Source: Ignavibacteriota bacterium
Lineage (GTDB): Bacteria; Bacteroidota; Ignavibacteria; Palsa-1295
Length of the DNA stretch: 64,000 bases
Assembly: GCA_963787835.1 (NCBI GenBank)
Contig: CAWBEI010000006.1
Coordinates: forward strand, 96,001-160,000
Direction: 5' to 3'
Part shown: one piece after another, positions 11,247-20,725 of the stretch
How the letters are laid out: each line of letters opens with the position of its first letter
How positions within the stretch are numbered: the first letter of the stretch is position 1
Program-made: the position numbers and the translations under genes
The notes under the pieces: model-generated
Told to the model about the DNA's origin: nothing
Seen by the model: only the letters and a program-made list of their open reading frames with translations
Databases searched by the model: none

Positions 11247-11942
11247 ATGGCTAAAACAATTCTCATCGCCGACGACGAGCAGGATATTCGCGATATGCTC
11301 GCCTATAATCTCACACGTGAAGGATTTGAGGTCGTCACGGCCGCCAACGGTAAAGAAGCGATTGAAAAGATAGAGACAACCCCCGTTTCTCTGGTGATCC
11401 TCGACATTATGATGCCTGAGATGGATGGCTTTGAGGCATGCCGAATTATACGCTCTAACCCCAGATCCGCTCAGCTTCCAGTTCTTTTTTTGACTGCGCG
11501 AGCTGGGGAAGTCGATCAGATCGTCTCTCTGGAGCTTGGCGCCGATGATTATGTCCAAAAACCTGTTTCACCTCGAATACTGGTTGCCCGAGTGAAGTCT
11601 CTCCTGCGTCGTTTTGATCGTTCGGAGCAGTTGTTGCCTGTCGAAAATGAGAACATCGTTTCACCAGGACTCAAGATCGATCGGAGTTCATACAAAGTAT
11701 TTGTTAACGACAAAGAGACGTTTTTCCCTCGAAAGGAGTTCGAGTTATTGTACTTCCTTGCCGCCCATCCCGGGCGCATCTATAAACGAGGTGCGTTGTT
11801 AGATGAGGTCTGGGGCCGCGACACCTTCGTCGTCGAGCGAACGGTAGATGTGCATATCTTCAAAGTACGCGAGAAGCTTGGAAATTATGGCAAACGCATT
11901 GAAACGGTAAAAGGCGTGGGCTACCGCTATATATTGGAATAA
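11247..11942 (+). CDS. phoB: OmpR-family response regulator, PhoB/PhoP-like
   Basis: ADDE, LDIMMPEMDG, LGADDY, ERTVDVHI, TVKGVGY; divergent from pstB-phoU. Confidence 0.85.
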   Translation: MAKTILIADDEQDIRDMLAYNLTREGFEVVTAANGKEAIEKIETTPVSLVILDIMMPEMDGFEACRIIRSNPRSAQLPVLFLTARAGEVDQIVSLELGADDYVQKPVSPRILVARVKSLLRRFDRSEQLLPVENENIVSPGLKIDRSSYKVFVNDKETFFPRKEFELLYFLAAHPGRIYKRGALLDEVWGRDTFVVERTVDVHIFKVREKLGNYGKRIETVKGVGYRYILE

Positions 11943-11946
11943 TAAC

Positions 11947-13005
11947 GTGCCATCACTTCGTGTCCGGGCTGCGGTTTTCCCAATCCTTCTAGTTATTCTT
12001 GTTCTCTTTCTATCCGATCTTGTTATCGGCAGCGCTGTTCCGGATCTTTTCCCGACTGCCATGTGGGTATCCGCAGCAATTATCATTGTACTATCCTTGG
12101 CGAGTATATGGTATGCAGATCGGCTGATCCGTCCGATTCGGGAACTCATGCCCACCGTCGATAGCAAGGGACATCTCGAGTTCCACAGCACTACGGTAGC
12201 GATGATGCCGCCTGAGGAACTTCGGGCCCTTTCGACCGTCATCGACCAGGTCGTCGAAAAACAACGCAGGGACGATCAGGCTCGTGAGAAGCTCGAACGC
12301 GTTCGCAGTGAGTTCCTCGCCAATGTTTCACATGAACTCCGTACTCCGATCTTCGCAGTACAGGGTTTTATAGAAACGCTTCTGGATGGCGCCGTTGATG
12401 ACCCGTCCGTCAATCGCGACTTTCTCTTTCGTGCACGTCTTCAAGCCGAGCGGCTTAATAATCTTCTGAACGATCTTATCGACATTTCGCGCATTGAGTC
12501 CGGGGAGATGCACATGAGCTTCCGCTTATTCGATATCCAGCCGTTTCTCCGGGATTTTACCAGCGAAATGCAGCCGATCGCCCGCGTTAAGAACATCGAA
12601 CTGTATTTTACTGCAAATGCACTTCCACATCATGAGGTGACGGTCTATGCTGACAAAGAACGTGTAAAACAAGTACTGATCAATCTTGTTGATAACGCAA
12701 TTAAGTACTCTGAGGGAGGTGGCTCCATCAAGATAGAACTTCTAAATGCCGAACCAACACCGAACGAGCTTACCATTCGTGTTACTGACACCGGTGTGGG
12801 AATCGCTCCAGAGCATTTACCAAGATTGTTCGAACGCTTCTACCGTGTGGATAAAGGCCGAGCTCGATCCTCCCCAGGCGGGACGGGACTCGGACTGGCT
12901 ATCGTCAAGCACATCACAGAAGCGCATCGTGGAAAGATCAATGTGACCAGCCAGATCGGGAAGGGAAGTACGTTTCAATTCACCTTGCCCAAGGAGCCGT
13001 TTTAG
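11947..13005 (+). CDS. phoR: Sensor histidine kinase, PhoR-like
   Basis: Two TM helices, EFLANVSHELRTP H-box, NLVDNAIKY, FERFYRVDK, GGTGLGLAIVKH. Confidence 0.85.
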   Translation: MPSLRVRAAVFPILLVILVLFLSDLVIGSAVPDLFPTAMWVSAAIIIVLSLASIWYADRLIRPIRELMPTVDSKGHLEFHSTTVAMMPPEELRALSTVIDQVVEKQRRDDQAREKLERVRSEFLANVSHELRTPIFAVQGFIETLLDGAVDDPSVNRDFLFRARLQAERLNNLLNDLIDISRIESGEMHMSFRLFDIQPFLRDFTSEMQPIARVKNIELYFTANALPHHEVTVYADKERVKQVLINLVDNAIKYSEGGGSIKIELLNAEPTPNELTIRVTDTGVGIAPEHLPRLFERFYRVDKGRARSSPGGTGLGLAIVKHITEAHRGKINVTSQIGKGSTFQFTLPKEPF

Positions 13006-13058
13006 CTAACGTGTGTGTTATCGTTCTGTACTTTATTTTAGATCACGACGAATCAATA

Positions 13059-13793
13059 ATGGCGAAAAGTGTACCCGATCTCTCAATCCCGAACGAACCC
13101 GTCCCGGTCTTCGAGGGATTCACGAAAGAAATGTTTAAATTTCTTCATGGCCTGAAGAAGAACAATAATAAAGAATGGTTCGAAGCACATCGCGCGCAGT
13201 ACGAAGAATATCTACGGGAGCCATCGAAAGCACTGGCCTTTGCAATGGGTGCTTATTTCCAGGATCATAAAATGCCAGTGACAGGCAACCCCAAAACATC
13301 GCTTTTTCGGATCAACCGCGATATTAGGTTCAGTCCTGATAAATCGCCATATAAGACGCATGTCGGCCTCTCGTTTCCACTGATCGGAACCAAGAAAGAA
13401 GAATGGTGCGGCTATTACATGGGATTCGAGCCGGCAAAGAAGGGTACTGGAATGAGCGTTTTCGCGGGTGGGGGAGTATGGATGCCGATACCACCATATC
13501 TAAAGCGAATTCGATCGAGGATCGCTGATCATTCGAAGGAGTTTGAGAAGATCTTGAATGCACCCTCGTTTAAGAAAGTGTTTCCGAAAGGTCTTACCGG
13601 TGAATCGCTCAAGAGAATTCCGCAAGGGTATAATGAAGATCATCCGCAGGCAAAATATCTTAAAATGAAAAGCTTTCTATTCGGCGCTGATCTTGCCGAC
13701 AACGACCTGCTTTCCCAGGATCTACCTGAGATCGTTGGAAAGCTCTTCCAGGCCGGGTTACCCATGGTGGAGTTTTTGGGGAAAGCTGAATGA
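13059..13793 (+). CDS. DUF2461 family protein
   Basis: FL..LKKNNNKEWF, FRINRDIRFSPDKSPYKTH, GGG.W.P. Confidence 0.88.
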   Translation: MAKSVPDLSIPNEPVPVFEGFTKEMFKFLHGLKKNNNKEWFEAHRAQYEEYLREPSKALAFAMGAYFQDHKMPVTGNPKTSLFRINRDIRFSPDKSPYKTHVGLSFPLIGTKKEEWCGYYMGFEPAKKGTGMSVFAGGGVWMPIPPYLKRIRSRIADHSKEFEKILNAPSFKKVFPKGLTGESLKRIPQGYNEDHPQAKYLKMKSFLFGADLADNDLLSQDLPEIVGKLFQAGLPMVEFLGKAE

Positions 13794-13997
13794 TGAATAC
13801 ATCAATAGAGCTTAAAAGTCCCAAAGTAGTGCAAAGTCTCAAGGCCCTATCTTCTTTTTGCTCATTTTAAGACAGATAATAACCTTTAGGGGAACATAAC
13901 ACCCCTCCAAAGTTTTACCGCACTGGCAATTCGGGAGGCTGGGCCATCCGATCACCAATATCCTCGAAATTCATTAGAATTCTTCCTATTTTCATAC

Positions 13998-16010
13998 GTG
14001 AGAAAGAACCGCGCTAAAATTATCATTATCCTGCTCTGTATTATCGGGGCGGTGTATGCGCTTTATCCGACCTATCATTCGCAGCAACTTAAATCCGAGC
14101 TTGATGCCTTTGGAAACACCACCCAGGATTCGCTCAAGCGTGTCAAATGGGAGAATGACAATGGCCAGGATCTGAAGGACGCTAATACGAAAGCGATCAA
14201 GCTCGGTCTCGATCTCCGAGGCGGCATCTATGTCACAATGGAAGTGGATGTGCTGAAATTCATCGACGAGCAGGCCCTTCAAAAAGACGATATCTTTCAG
14301 CAGGTCATGGACGCTACGGATAAGGATGAAGCCACATCCGAAGATCCGATCGTGCCACTGTTCGTCAAGCATTTCAATGAGATCGCAAAACCCAAAGGCA
14401 AATCTCTTGCAAATTATTTCTACTTTAGCGAAGCCGGTGCCGGTGAAGATGCTAACATTCAGGCTGCTTTGCAAAAAGGCGTCGATGAAGCCGTCGATCG
14501 CGCCATCGAGATCATTCGCAATCGTGTCGATCAATTTGGATTGACCGAGCCGACCATTCAGAAAGAAGGCTCCCGCCGTATTATCATCGAGCTTCCGGGC
14601 GTTGGTGACCCTACGCAAGTTCATCAACTTCTCCAGGGAACAGCACAGTTAGAATTCCGCACGCTGAAAGATCCCGATATGGTCAAGCGTGTGCTCGACC
14701 GCATCGATCAGCGCCTGAATGGCGATACCGCACTTGCAAGACTTGAAAAAGTCGATACAGGCAAAGCTGATTCTACTAAAACAACGATGTCAACGGCAGA
14801 CTCAACCAAAACTGCGTCTGTTGCCGATACGGTTAAGAAAGATTCCACAGCCAAGTCCTCAACAGCCGGACTCAGCCCGGAAGATTCAGCCAAGCGCGCT
14901 GACTCCATCGCGGAAATCGGGATGTCGCAAGATCAGAAGTATGCCCATTATGTGAAGACACATCCCTTCACCTCGATCCTCGTTAAAGTTCGACCTGGTC
15001 AAAACGGCGACCTTTATGTGACTGAAGAGGATCGTGCGCTTGTCAAAAGCATCTTAAGCCGGCCAGACGTAAAGCCCATCTTTGCAGATGAGTTGAGTGT
15101 CATGTTCAGCCGAGCCATCCCGACCGAAAAGAATGTGAACCTTTATCAGGTCTATTTCCTGAACACACAACCGGAATTGACCGGTAAGGCGATCGTTCAG
15201 GCCACCACCGATATTGACCCGCAGAGTGGAAAGCCCGAAGTTTCCATGCAAATGGATGACGATGGAACCCGCGTGTGGCGCAGAGTTACCCATTCGAACA
15301 TCAATAAACAAGTTGCCATTGTGCTCGATAGCGTAGTCTATTCAGCGCCGAAAGTGCTCGGAGAAATTCCCAGCGGCAATTCGCAGATCACCGGCATTGG
15401 CGATATGAACGAAGCCAATCTTTTGAAGATCGTACTTAAAGCTGGTGCGCTGCCTGCTCCGGTAAAGATCATTCAGGAATCCGTTGTCGGTCCATCGCTT
15501 GGAGCGGATTCGATAGCAAAAGGATTAGCATCCGTTATCTGGAGCCTTATCGTCGTGATTATTTTCATGGGATTCTATTATGTCACGGGCGGCGTGGTAG
15601 CGGATCTTGCCGTTATGATCAACCTGCTGTTTACTGCGGCAGTGCTGGCAACATTCGGCGCAACCCTGACGCTACCCGGTATGGCTGGTCTTGTGCTCAC
15701 GGTCGGTATCGCCGTCGATGCGAACGTACTGATCTACGAGCGCATTCGCGAGGAACTATCGCTTGGTAAATCGCTAAAACTTGCTATGGATGATGGATAC
15801 CGCCGCGCATTCGCACCGATATTCGACGGCCATTTAACGGCGTTCTTCTCCGGAGTTATTCTCTATGCGTTCGGAACAGGCACGGTACAAGGTTTCGCAG
15901 TAACGCTTATGATCGGCGTAGCGGCGTCGCTCTTTACAGCGATCGTTATTACGCGCGTGGTTTTCGATCTTATCATGGAACGGAATCCGGAACTCATTAA
16001 ATTTGGATAA
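13998..16010 (+). CDS. secD: Protein translocase subunit SecD
   Basis: LGLDLRGG, RNRVDQFG, GALPAP, VGPSLG, TLPGMAG, AVDANVLIYERIREE; GTG start. Confidence 0.97.
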   Translation: MRKNRAKIIIILLCIIGAVYALYPTYHSQQLKSELDAFGNTTQDSLKRVKWENDNGQDLKDANTKAIKLGLDLRGGIYVTMEVDVLKFIDEQALQKDDIFQQVMDATDKDEATSEDPIVPLFVKHFNEIAKPKGKSLANYFYFSEAGAGEDANIQAALQKGVDEAVDRAIEIIRNRVDQFGLTEPTIQKEGSRRIIIELPGVGDPTQVHQLLQGTAQLEFRTLKDPDMVKRVLDRIDQRLNGDTALARLEKVDTGKADSTKTTMSTADSTKTASVADTVKKDSTAKSSTAGLSPEDSAKRADSIAEIGMSQDQKYAHYVKTHPFTSILVKVRPGQNGDLYVTEEDRALVKSILSRPDVKPIFADELSVMFSRAIPTEKNVNLYQVYFLNTQPELTGKAIVQATTDIDPQSGKPEVSMQMDDDGTRVWRRVTHSNINKQVAIVLDSVVYSAPKVLGEIPSGNSQITGIGDMNEANLLKIVLKAGALPAPVKIIQESVVGPSLGADSIAKGLASVIWSLIVVIIFMGFYYVTGGVVADLAVMINLLFTAAVLATFGATLTLPGMAGLVLTVGIAVDANVLIYERIREELSLGKSLKLAMDDGYRRAFAPIFDGHLTAFFSGVILYAFGTGTVQGFAVTLMIGVAASLFTAIVITRVVFDLIMERNPELIKFG

Positions 16011-16020
16011 AGAAAAGCAA

Positions 16021-16091
16021 TGTAGCGCCGGCGTCCTCGCCGGTCCCTTGGCCGCAGGGAAATAGGGACCGGCGAGGACGCCGGCGCTACA
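16021..16091. repeat. GTAG-type REP doublet (REPIN)
   Basis: TGTAGCGCCGGCGTCCTCGCCGGTCCC ... GGGACCGGCGAGGACGCCGGCGCTACA perfect inverted arms between secD and secF. Confidence 0.85.
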
Positions 16092-16111
16092 GAATCTTGA
16101 AATAAAAAAAT

Positions 16112-17128
16112 ATGCATTTTTTTCGTAAAACAAATATAGATTTTATTGGCAAGCGCCGGATATGGTATTATGTATCGACGTTCGTCACCATGGCCGGAAT
16201 TGTCTGGGCACTCTTTCGCGGCGTAGAGTACGGCATTGATTTCGCCGGCGGCACCGAGGTACAGCTTCAGTTCCAAAAGAACGTTGGGATCGAGGAAGTA
16301 CGCGCTTCGCTCGATAAGGCAGCCATTCGTGGCGCGGAAGTAAAATACTATGGCCGGGATGAATCTGGCGTGCTTATTCGTGTTCGCGAAGGCTCCCAAG
16401 GCGCTCAGGCTGGTTCTGAAGCGACGAAAAAAGTAATGGATGCCATTATTGCCGGCTTTCCGAATAACCATTTAGTCGATAAGACCGGAATCCCAAAGAA
16501 CGAGCCAATTCAGGAACAGCATATCGGTCCGAAGGTCGGGGCGGAACTAAGGCAAAAGGCTTTCTTAGCTGTGTTCTTTACGTGTATCGTTATTCTCGTC
16601 TATCTCACATTCCGGTTCCGGTTCGTGTATGGCTTCGGCGCCGTTGTTGCCATTGTGCACGATGTGCTCGTTGCATTTGCATTTGCTGTGATCTGCAATG
16701 GGCTTGTGCCGTGGCTGAATCTTGAAATGAATTCCACGCTGCTGGCGGCTTTTCTAACCATTGTCGGATTTTCGGTCAACGATACCGTTATCATTTTCGA
16801 CCGTATCCGCGAGGATCAGAGAAAATATAAAGGCCAGAGTTTGAAAGACATCATGAACCGCGCTATTAACGAGACGCTGCCACGAACGATCATCACTTCG
16901 GGCACGGTGTTCCTGACACTTTTGGTGCTATTCATCTGGGGTGGGGAAGTGCTGCGCGGATTTGCATTCACCATGCTCATAGGTGTCATTACTGGAACGT
17001 ATTCTTCGATCTTCGTAGCCTCCGCGATCGCGTACGATTGGCTGGAGCGCGATAAGGGTAAAACTTCCCGCGCAACGGTTGGTGCGCGTAAGAAAACCCC
17101 TTCGAAAAGCGTGGCAGCGACCGCTTAA
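16112..17128 (+). CDS. secF: Protein translocase subunit SecF
   Basis: GIDFAGG, IGPKVGAEL, HDV, GFSVNDTVIIFDRIRE, GTYSSIFVA. Confidence 0.97.
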   Translation: MHFFRKTNIDFIGKRRIWYYVSTFVTMAGIVWALFRGVEYGIDFAGGTEVQLQFQKNVGIEEVRASLDKAAIRGAEVKYYGRDESGVLIRVREGSQGAQAGSEATKKVMDAIIAGFPNNHLVDKTGIPKNEPIQEQHIGPKVGAELRQKAFLAVFFTCIVILVYLTFRFRFVYGFGAVVAIVHDVLVAFAFAVICNGLVPWLNLEMNSTLLAAFLTIVGFSVNDTVIIFDRIREDQRKYKGQSLKDIMNRAINETLPRTIITSGTVFLTLLVLFIWGGEVLRGFAFTMLIGVITGTYSSIFVASAIAYDWLERDKGKTSRATVGARKKTPSKSVAATA

Positions 17129-17136
17129 AAGTTTGT

Positions 17137-17168
17137 TGTGTCATTCCCGTGTAAGCGGGAATGACACA
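17137..17168. repeat. dRS3-like palindrome ATTCCC-N8-GGGAAT
   Basis: TGTGTCATTCCCGTGTAAGCGGGAATGACACA; related copies at 23250 and 24063. Confidence 0.75.
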
Positions 17169-17192
17169 TACAACTCATTTCGTTTCTGAGCC

Positions 17193-17501
17193 ATGACTTC
17201 AACTTTTGAACCCTCCTTAGACAAACTTCGAATCGACCTCACCGGCGATCTCATTGGTGGCGCGGACGCGATGAAATTCGCCGTCGATTTTCGGGAAACA
17301 CTTGCTGCAAATTCCTATGGCCATGTAGAAGTGGATGCCGGTCATGTTGACTTTGTCAATAGCTCCGGACTTGGCATGCTCATCGCTGCCCGGCAAGCAG
17401 CACAGGAGCACGGTGCTTCCTTCCGGCTGCTTGCTCCCGGCGAGCAGCTGAAGCATCTGCTCGAAGTGACCAAGCTCACTGAAATTTTAGGGGCTGCGTA
17501 A
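17193..17501 (+). CDS. STAS-domain anti-sigma-factor antagonist
   Basis: VDFVNSSGLGML phospho-Ser motif, LLEVTKL; about 100 aa. Confidence 0.85.
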   Translation: MTSTFEPSLDKLRIDLTGDLIGGADAMKFAVDFRETLAANSYGHVEVDAGHVDFVNSSGLGMLIAARQAAQEHGASFRLLAPGEQLKHLLEVTKLTEILGAA

Positions 17502-17664
17502 GTGTCTTATTGATAGGGTACTTCCCGGAATCAACCGGAACACATCTCTACCGCAACTTTTTACTTCTTTTCGGGTTATATATAAACGCAAAAAAGGGGG
17601 CGACACCTTAACCTTATTCGGCTTCGAACCCATCGATCGACTCACAACCTATTTTTTGAACATA

Positions 17665-19026
17665 ATGAAACGTATTGTTACGATCTTCCTCGTTGGTTTC
17701 CTCGCTTTTGCAGGAAGCGCGAATGCGCAGGTTCAAACTGCTCGTTCTTTACAAAAACCTATCACTTCGCCTGCGTTGACCACCACCGCTCTTCCTACGG
17801 GCGTCGCTCATCCACTGACCCCACTAACCCCGAGCGAGGAAAACCCTCTCGCGGTCTATAAGACGGAGTCCGTTAGTTATATTCAGGATACGACCAATGG
17901 TAATTGGTGGGTCTATGCCCCGGTGCTTAACCAAAGCACCGGAGATTCCTTAGGGAACCTGACGTTCAACCCCACGTTCTATTTCCAGGCTATGGATTCC
18001 ATTGGACCAACTGGATTCGCTTATGTCAATAACCTCGGGCTGCAAATCGATACTACGGCGTTCGACACCATGTACAATCGTGTTATGTGTCTTCGAATCT
18101 CGCCGCCAAAGGATCTAGGGTCTCCCATTAAACTCGACAGCCTTCAAATATCTTTCTTCCCGGAATCCATTGATCCTGCAGATAAACTTACCGTATTAGC
18201 CGTCCCGTGCCGAGACGAGCAATTTAATGATGGTAGCCTCAATCCTGTTCCGGCTATTTTCGGGTTATCCGCATCCGAGGGAGTTATTGCCACGGAATCA
18301 ATTCCCGCGAGCAAGATGACGGTTGGTCAGATCAATACCTTAACGGTCAATTTCGCTGGAAAATCGATCAGCAACACAGACGAACGAAATCAAATGGCAA
18401 TTTGCGTTTATGTGGATGGGCCACATTTTGCGAACGATACAGTGGGCTACGTTCTGGAGGCGGATTTACAAAATGCACTCGGTGCGAGTTTAGTGATCGA
18501 TACCGACGGATCACAAGGAGAAATTCAGGGTCCTGACAGTGCTATTGCCATGCGTACATATCGCCTTAATCTCGATGGCGGAAATATAGTTATTGGCAAT
18601 GAGGGTAGTTCATACATCGGCGGCGGCGGCGGATTTTTCGTTGACTTCCCGCAGTTCGATCCCACATCAGGCCAACCAACCGGCCAAGCTTTCGAAGGTA
18701 ATCTTGCCATTACCACCTTCTTCCATGGAACAGCATTAGCGGGCGTAGCACAGGGCAGCTCCAATGGTTATAGCCTCGACGGAAATTATCCGAACCCTGT
18801 CAGCACCACGACGGACATAAGCTATACCCTCGGCGCGAGCGGACCGGTTACGCTGGATGTTTATAATACGCTTGGCCAGAAAGTTGGCTCGGTCGTGAAT
18901 AACGTTCAGAGCGCAGGCGCCCATACAGCCACATTCAATACCGGCACACTCCCGAATGGCTTGTATTATTACAAGCTTCAATCCGGCGAGTTCAATGCAA
19001 CGAACACGATGGTTATTGCGAGATAA
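17665..19026 (+). CDS. Secreted protein with T9SS type-A C-terminal sorting domain
   Basis: Signal peptide ending ANA-Q; C-terminal NYPNP...T.ISY...VTLDVYNTLGQKV...LPNGLYYYKL; N-terminal domain unrecognised. Confidence 0.85.
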   Translation: MKRIVTIFLVGFLAFAGSANAQVQTARSLQKPITSPALTTTALPTGVAHPLTPLTPSEENPLAVYKTESVSYIQDTTNGNWWVYAPVLNQSTGDSLGNLTFNPTFYFQAMDSIGPTGFAYVNNLGLQIDTTAFDTMYNRVMCLRISPPKDLGSPIKLDSLQISFFPESIDPADKLTVLAVPCRDEQFNDGSLNPVPAIFGLSASEGVIATESIPASKMTVGQINTLTVNFAGKSISNTDERNQMAICVYVDGPHFANDTVGYVLEADLQNALGASLVIDTDGSQGEIQGPDSAIAMRTYRLNLDGGNIVIGNEGSSYIGGGGGFFVDFPQFDPTSGQPTGQAFEGNLAITTFFHGTALAGVAQGSSNGYSLDGNYPNPVSTTTDISYTLGASGPVTLDVYNTLGQKVGSVVNNVQSAGAHTATFNTGTLPNGLYYYKLQSGEFNATNTMVIAR

Positions 19027-19034
19027 TAGTGTGA

Positions 19035-19080
19035 CGTGTAACTCAGGCTTACCAGCCTGAGCCAGGGCTTTCCAGCCCGA
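19035..19080 (+). repeat. Left REP arm of RAYT locus
   Basis: CGTGTAACTCAGGCTTACCAGCCTGAG plus second hairpin GGGCT/AGCCC; inverted copy at 19765-19808. Confidence 0.8.
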
Positions 19081-19092
19081 AAAATAATTTGA

Positions 19093-19129
19093 AGAAGCGA
19101 CCGGCTAAGAATAACCCGGTCGCTTTTTT
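19093..19129. terminator. Bidirectional terminator between convergent T9SS-protein and RAYT genes
   Basis: AAGCGACCGG / CCGGTCGCTT stem followed by a T-run. Confidence 0.7.
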
Positions 19130-19138
19130 ATTGAACTA

Positions 19139-19741
19139 CTACGAATTTACAATGACTATGTCGTTATATCGCTCTGCGAGATAATTCCCAGGCCACTGAT
19201 CCCATCGTTCAACTAATCCGGCTTTTACAGGATTGTTCAATGTGTAGATTACGGAAGATGCCAGTCTCCCTTTTCGAATAACTCTATCATAGCTCTCTGG
19301 CTGCCAGAATGGAATTCCCGTCTTCCCAAGCAACCGATTTGCCTCCCGCGCGGTAAATCCTTTCAGCGAGTGCATTATCTGTGATAGCGAGCGCTCTCCC
19401 TTCAAGCTCCCAACAAAGTGAACATGGTTTGGCATGATCGAGTATGCAATGAGATCGAGCCACCGGTCTTCAATATAAGTAAAACTATTTCTAACAACAG
19501 CACAAATATCCGGTCTCGCTAGATATTTCGGGCCACGCTTAGCCGCGCCCAGGAGCGCATCGTAATCTTTGAAAAATCGAGCGTACGCGACAGAATTTGT
19601 ATTTTCAGAAAAGGAGAGCTTCAGCCGCTCCACTTCCATACGAGATAGTGAATTCTTCAATCGGAACGTGACAAAATACGGGGCATCGTTGGGATGATAA
19701 TGCGGGAGATTGCGATGGAAATAATTATCGGGTGGCTCCAT
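19139..19741 (-). mobile_element. REP-associated tyrosine transposase (RAYT, IS200/Y1 HUH family)
   Basis: YFVTF, IMPNHVH (HUH), SLKGFTA, FWQPESYDRVIR, YTLNNPVKAGLV catalytic Tyr; flanked by inverted GTAG/GTAA REPs. Confidence 0.9.
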
Positions 19742-19764
19742 GATGTAATGATGTATGATTCAGA

Positions 19765-19808
19765 CGGGCTTAGAAGCCCGGGCTCAGGCTGTAAGCCTGA
19801 GCTACACG
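19765..19808 (-). repeat. Right REP arm of RAYT locus
   Basis: Reverse complement CGTGTAGCTCAGGCTTACAGCCTGAGCCCGGGCTTCTAAGCCCG closely matches the left arm. Confidence 0.8.
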
Positions 19809-19818
19809 GCGCACACGC

Positions 19819-20346
19819 CTATTTCTTCAACTTGGCAATCAGCTCAACGATCTCTTTCTCGGTCTCTTTTTCATCTCCGGCAGTGTAGCCAATGTGTTTG
19901 TGATAGACGGTGCCATCCGGCATCAGGATAAGGCTGTAGGGGAGGGATTCCATCGAAAAAATATCGCGGGCGATGTCGCCATCCGGATCGAGCAGAACAG
20001 GGAAGTCGATTCCCTGCGTGGTTACCCAGGCTCGCACTTTCCCTACCGAACGAACCTGATCGGTATTGATGGCCACCATATTGACACCTTCGGCTTTGAA
20101 TTTATCCGTGAGCACCTTAAATGCTTTCATTTCCTGTTTGCACGGTTCACACCATAGCGCCCAAAAATTGACCAGCAGCGGACCTTTGCCGAGGAGATCC
20201 TTGAAATTTATCTCATCTCCCTTAACGGTTTTGACTTTAAATTTCAGATTTGCAGGAATTTGCACAGAGTCTGCGGCAGGATGTGCCGCCAGGACGCCCG
20301 GAGCAACAATACATGCTGCTATAAGAAGAGAACCAAGGATCTTCAT
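19819..20346 (-). CDS. TlpA/ResA-like thiol-disulfide oxidoreductase (exported)
   Basis: Signal peptide; LVNFWALWCEPC CxxC motif. Confidence 0.88.
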   Translation of the reverse strand: MKILGSLLIAACIVAPGVLAAHPAADSVQIPANLKFKVKTVKGDEINFKDLLGKGPLLVNFWALWCEPCKQEMKAFKVLTDKFKAEGVNMVAINTDQVRSVGKVRAWVTTQGIDFPVLLDPDGDIARDIFSMESLPYSLILMPDGTVYHKHIGYTAGDEKETEKEIVELIAKLKK

Positions 20347-20555
20347 AAATTCTGTTGCTTAATGCTGGAGGCTTGTTCAACTTTTCTCTTGACGGTCATG
20401 ATAAACCGGGCGGCAAAATAGGCAGCCCATCCCAGGACCCAATAGGCAGCGTACGACCCGTGCCGGTAATAGCCAATGATGAGCAGCGTCCCAAAAAGGA
20501 TGAGGACTGTGCGAAGTGGCAGGCGGCTTAATTTTTCTTTTAGTTTTCCAAGCAT
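20343..20555 (-). CDS. Small hypothetical membrane protein (2 TM)
   Basis: 70 aa with two hydrophobic segments; ATGA overlap with the downstream TlpA gene. Confidence 0.55.
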   Translation of the reverse strand: MLGKLKEKLSRLPLRTVLILFGTLLIIGYYRHGSYAAYWVLGWAAYFAARFIMTVKRKVEQASSIKQQNL

Positions 20556-20687
20556 TCTGATACGATAAAAGAATGCGAGCTACATAAATTCCGCTAATTT
20601 TTTGAGTCATTATAGCATTGTGTTCATCTGGGTCGGAACTCTCACCCTGTAAAGAACATTTTCACCCGCCGGGATTGAGAATCCCAT

Positions 20688-20720
20688 ACTCTTAATTCTC
20701 AATTCTTCATTCTTAATTGA
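20688..20720. repeat. Heptamer tandem repeat (TTCTYAA)n
   Basis: ACTCTTAATTCTCAATTCTTCATTCTTAATTGA; same family at 42187 and 63336. Confidence 0.65.
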
Positions 20721-20725
20721 AAGCC

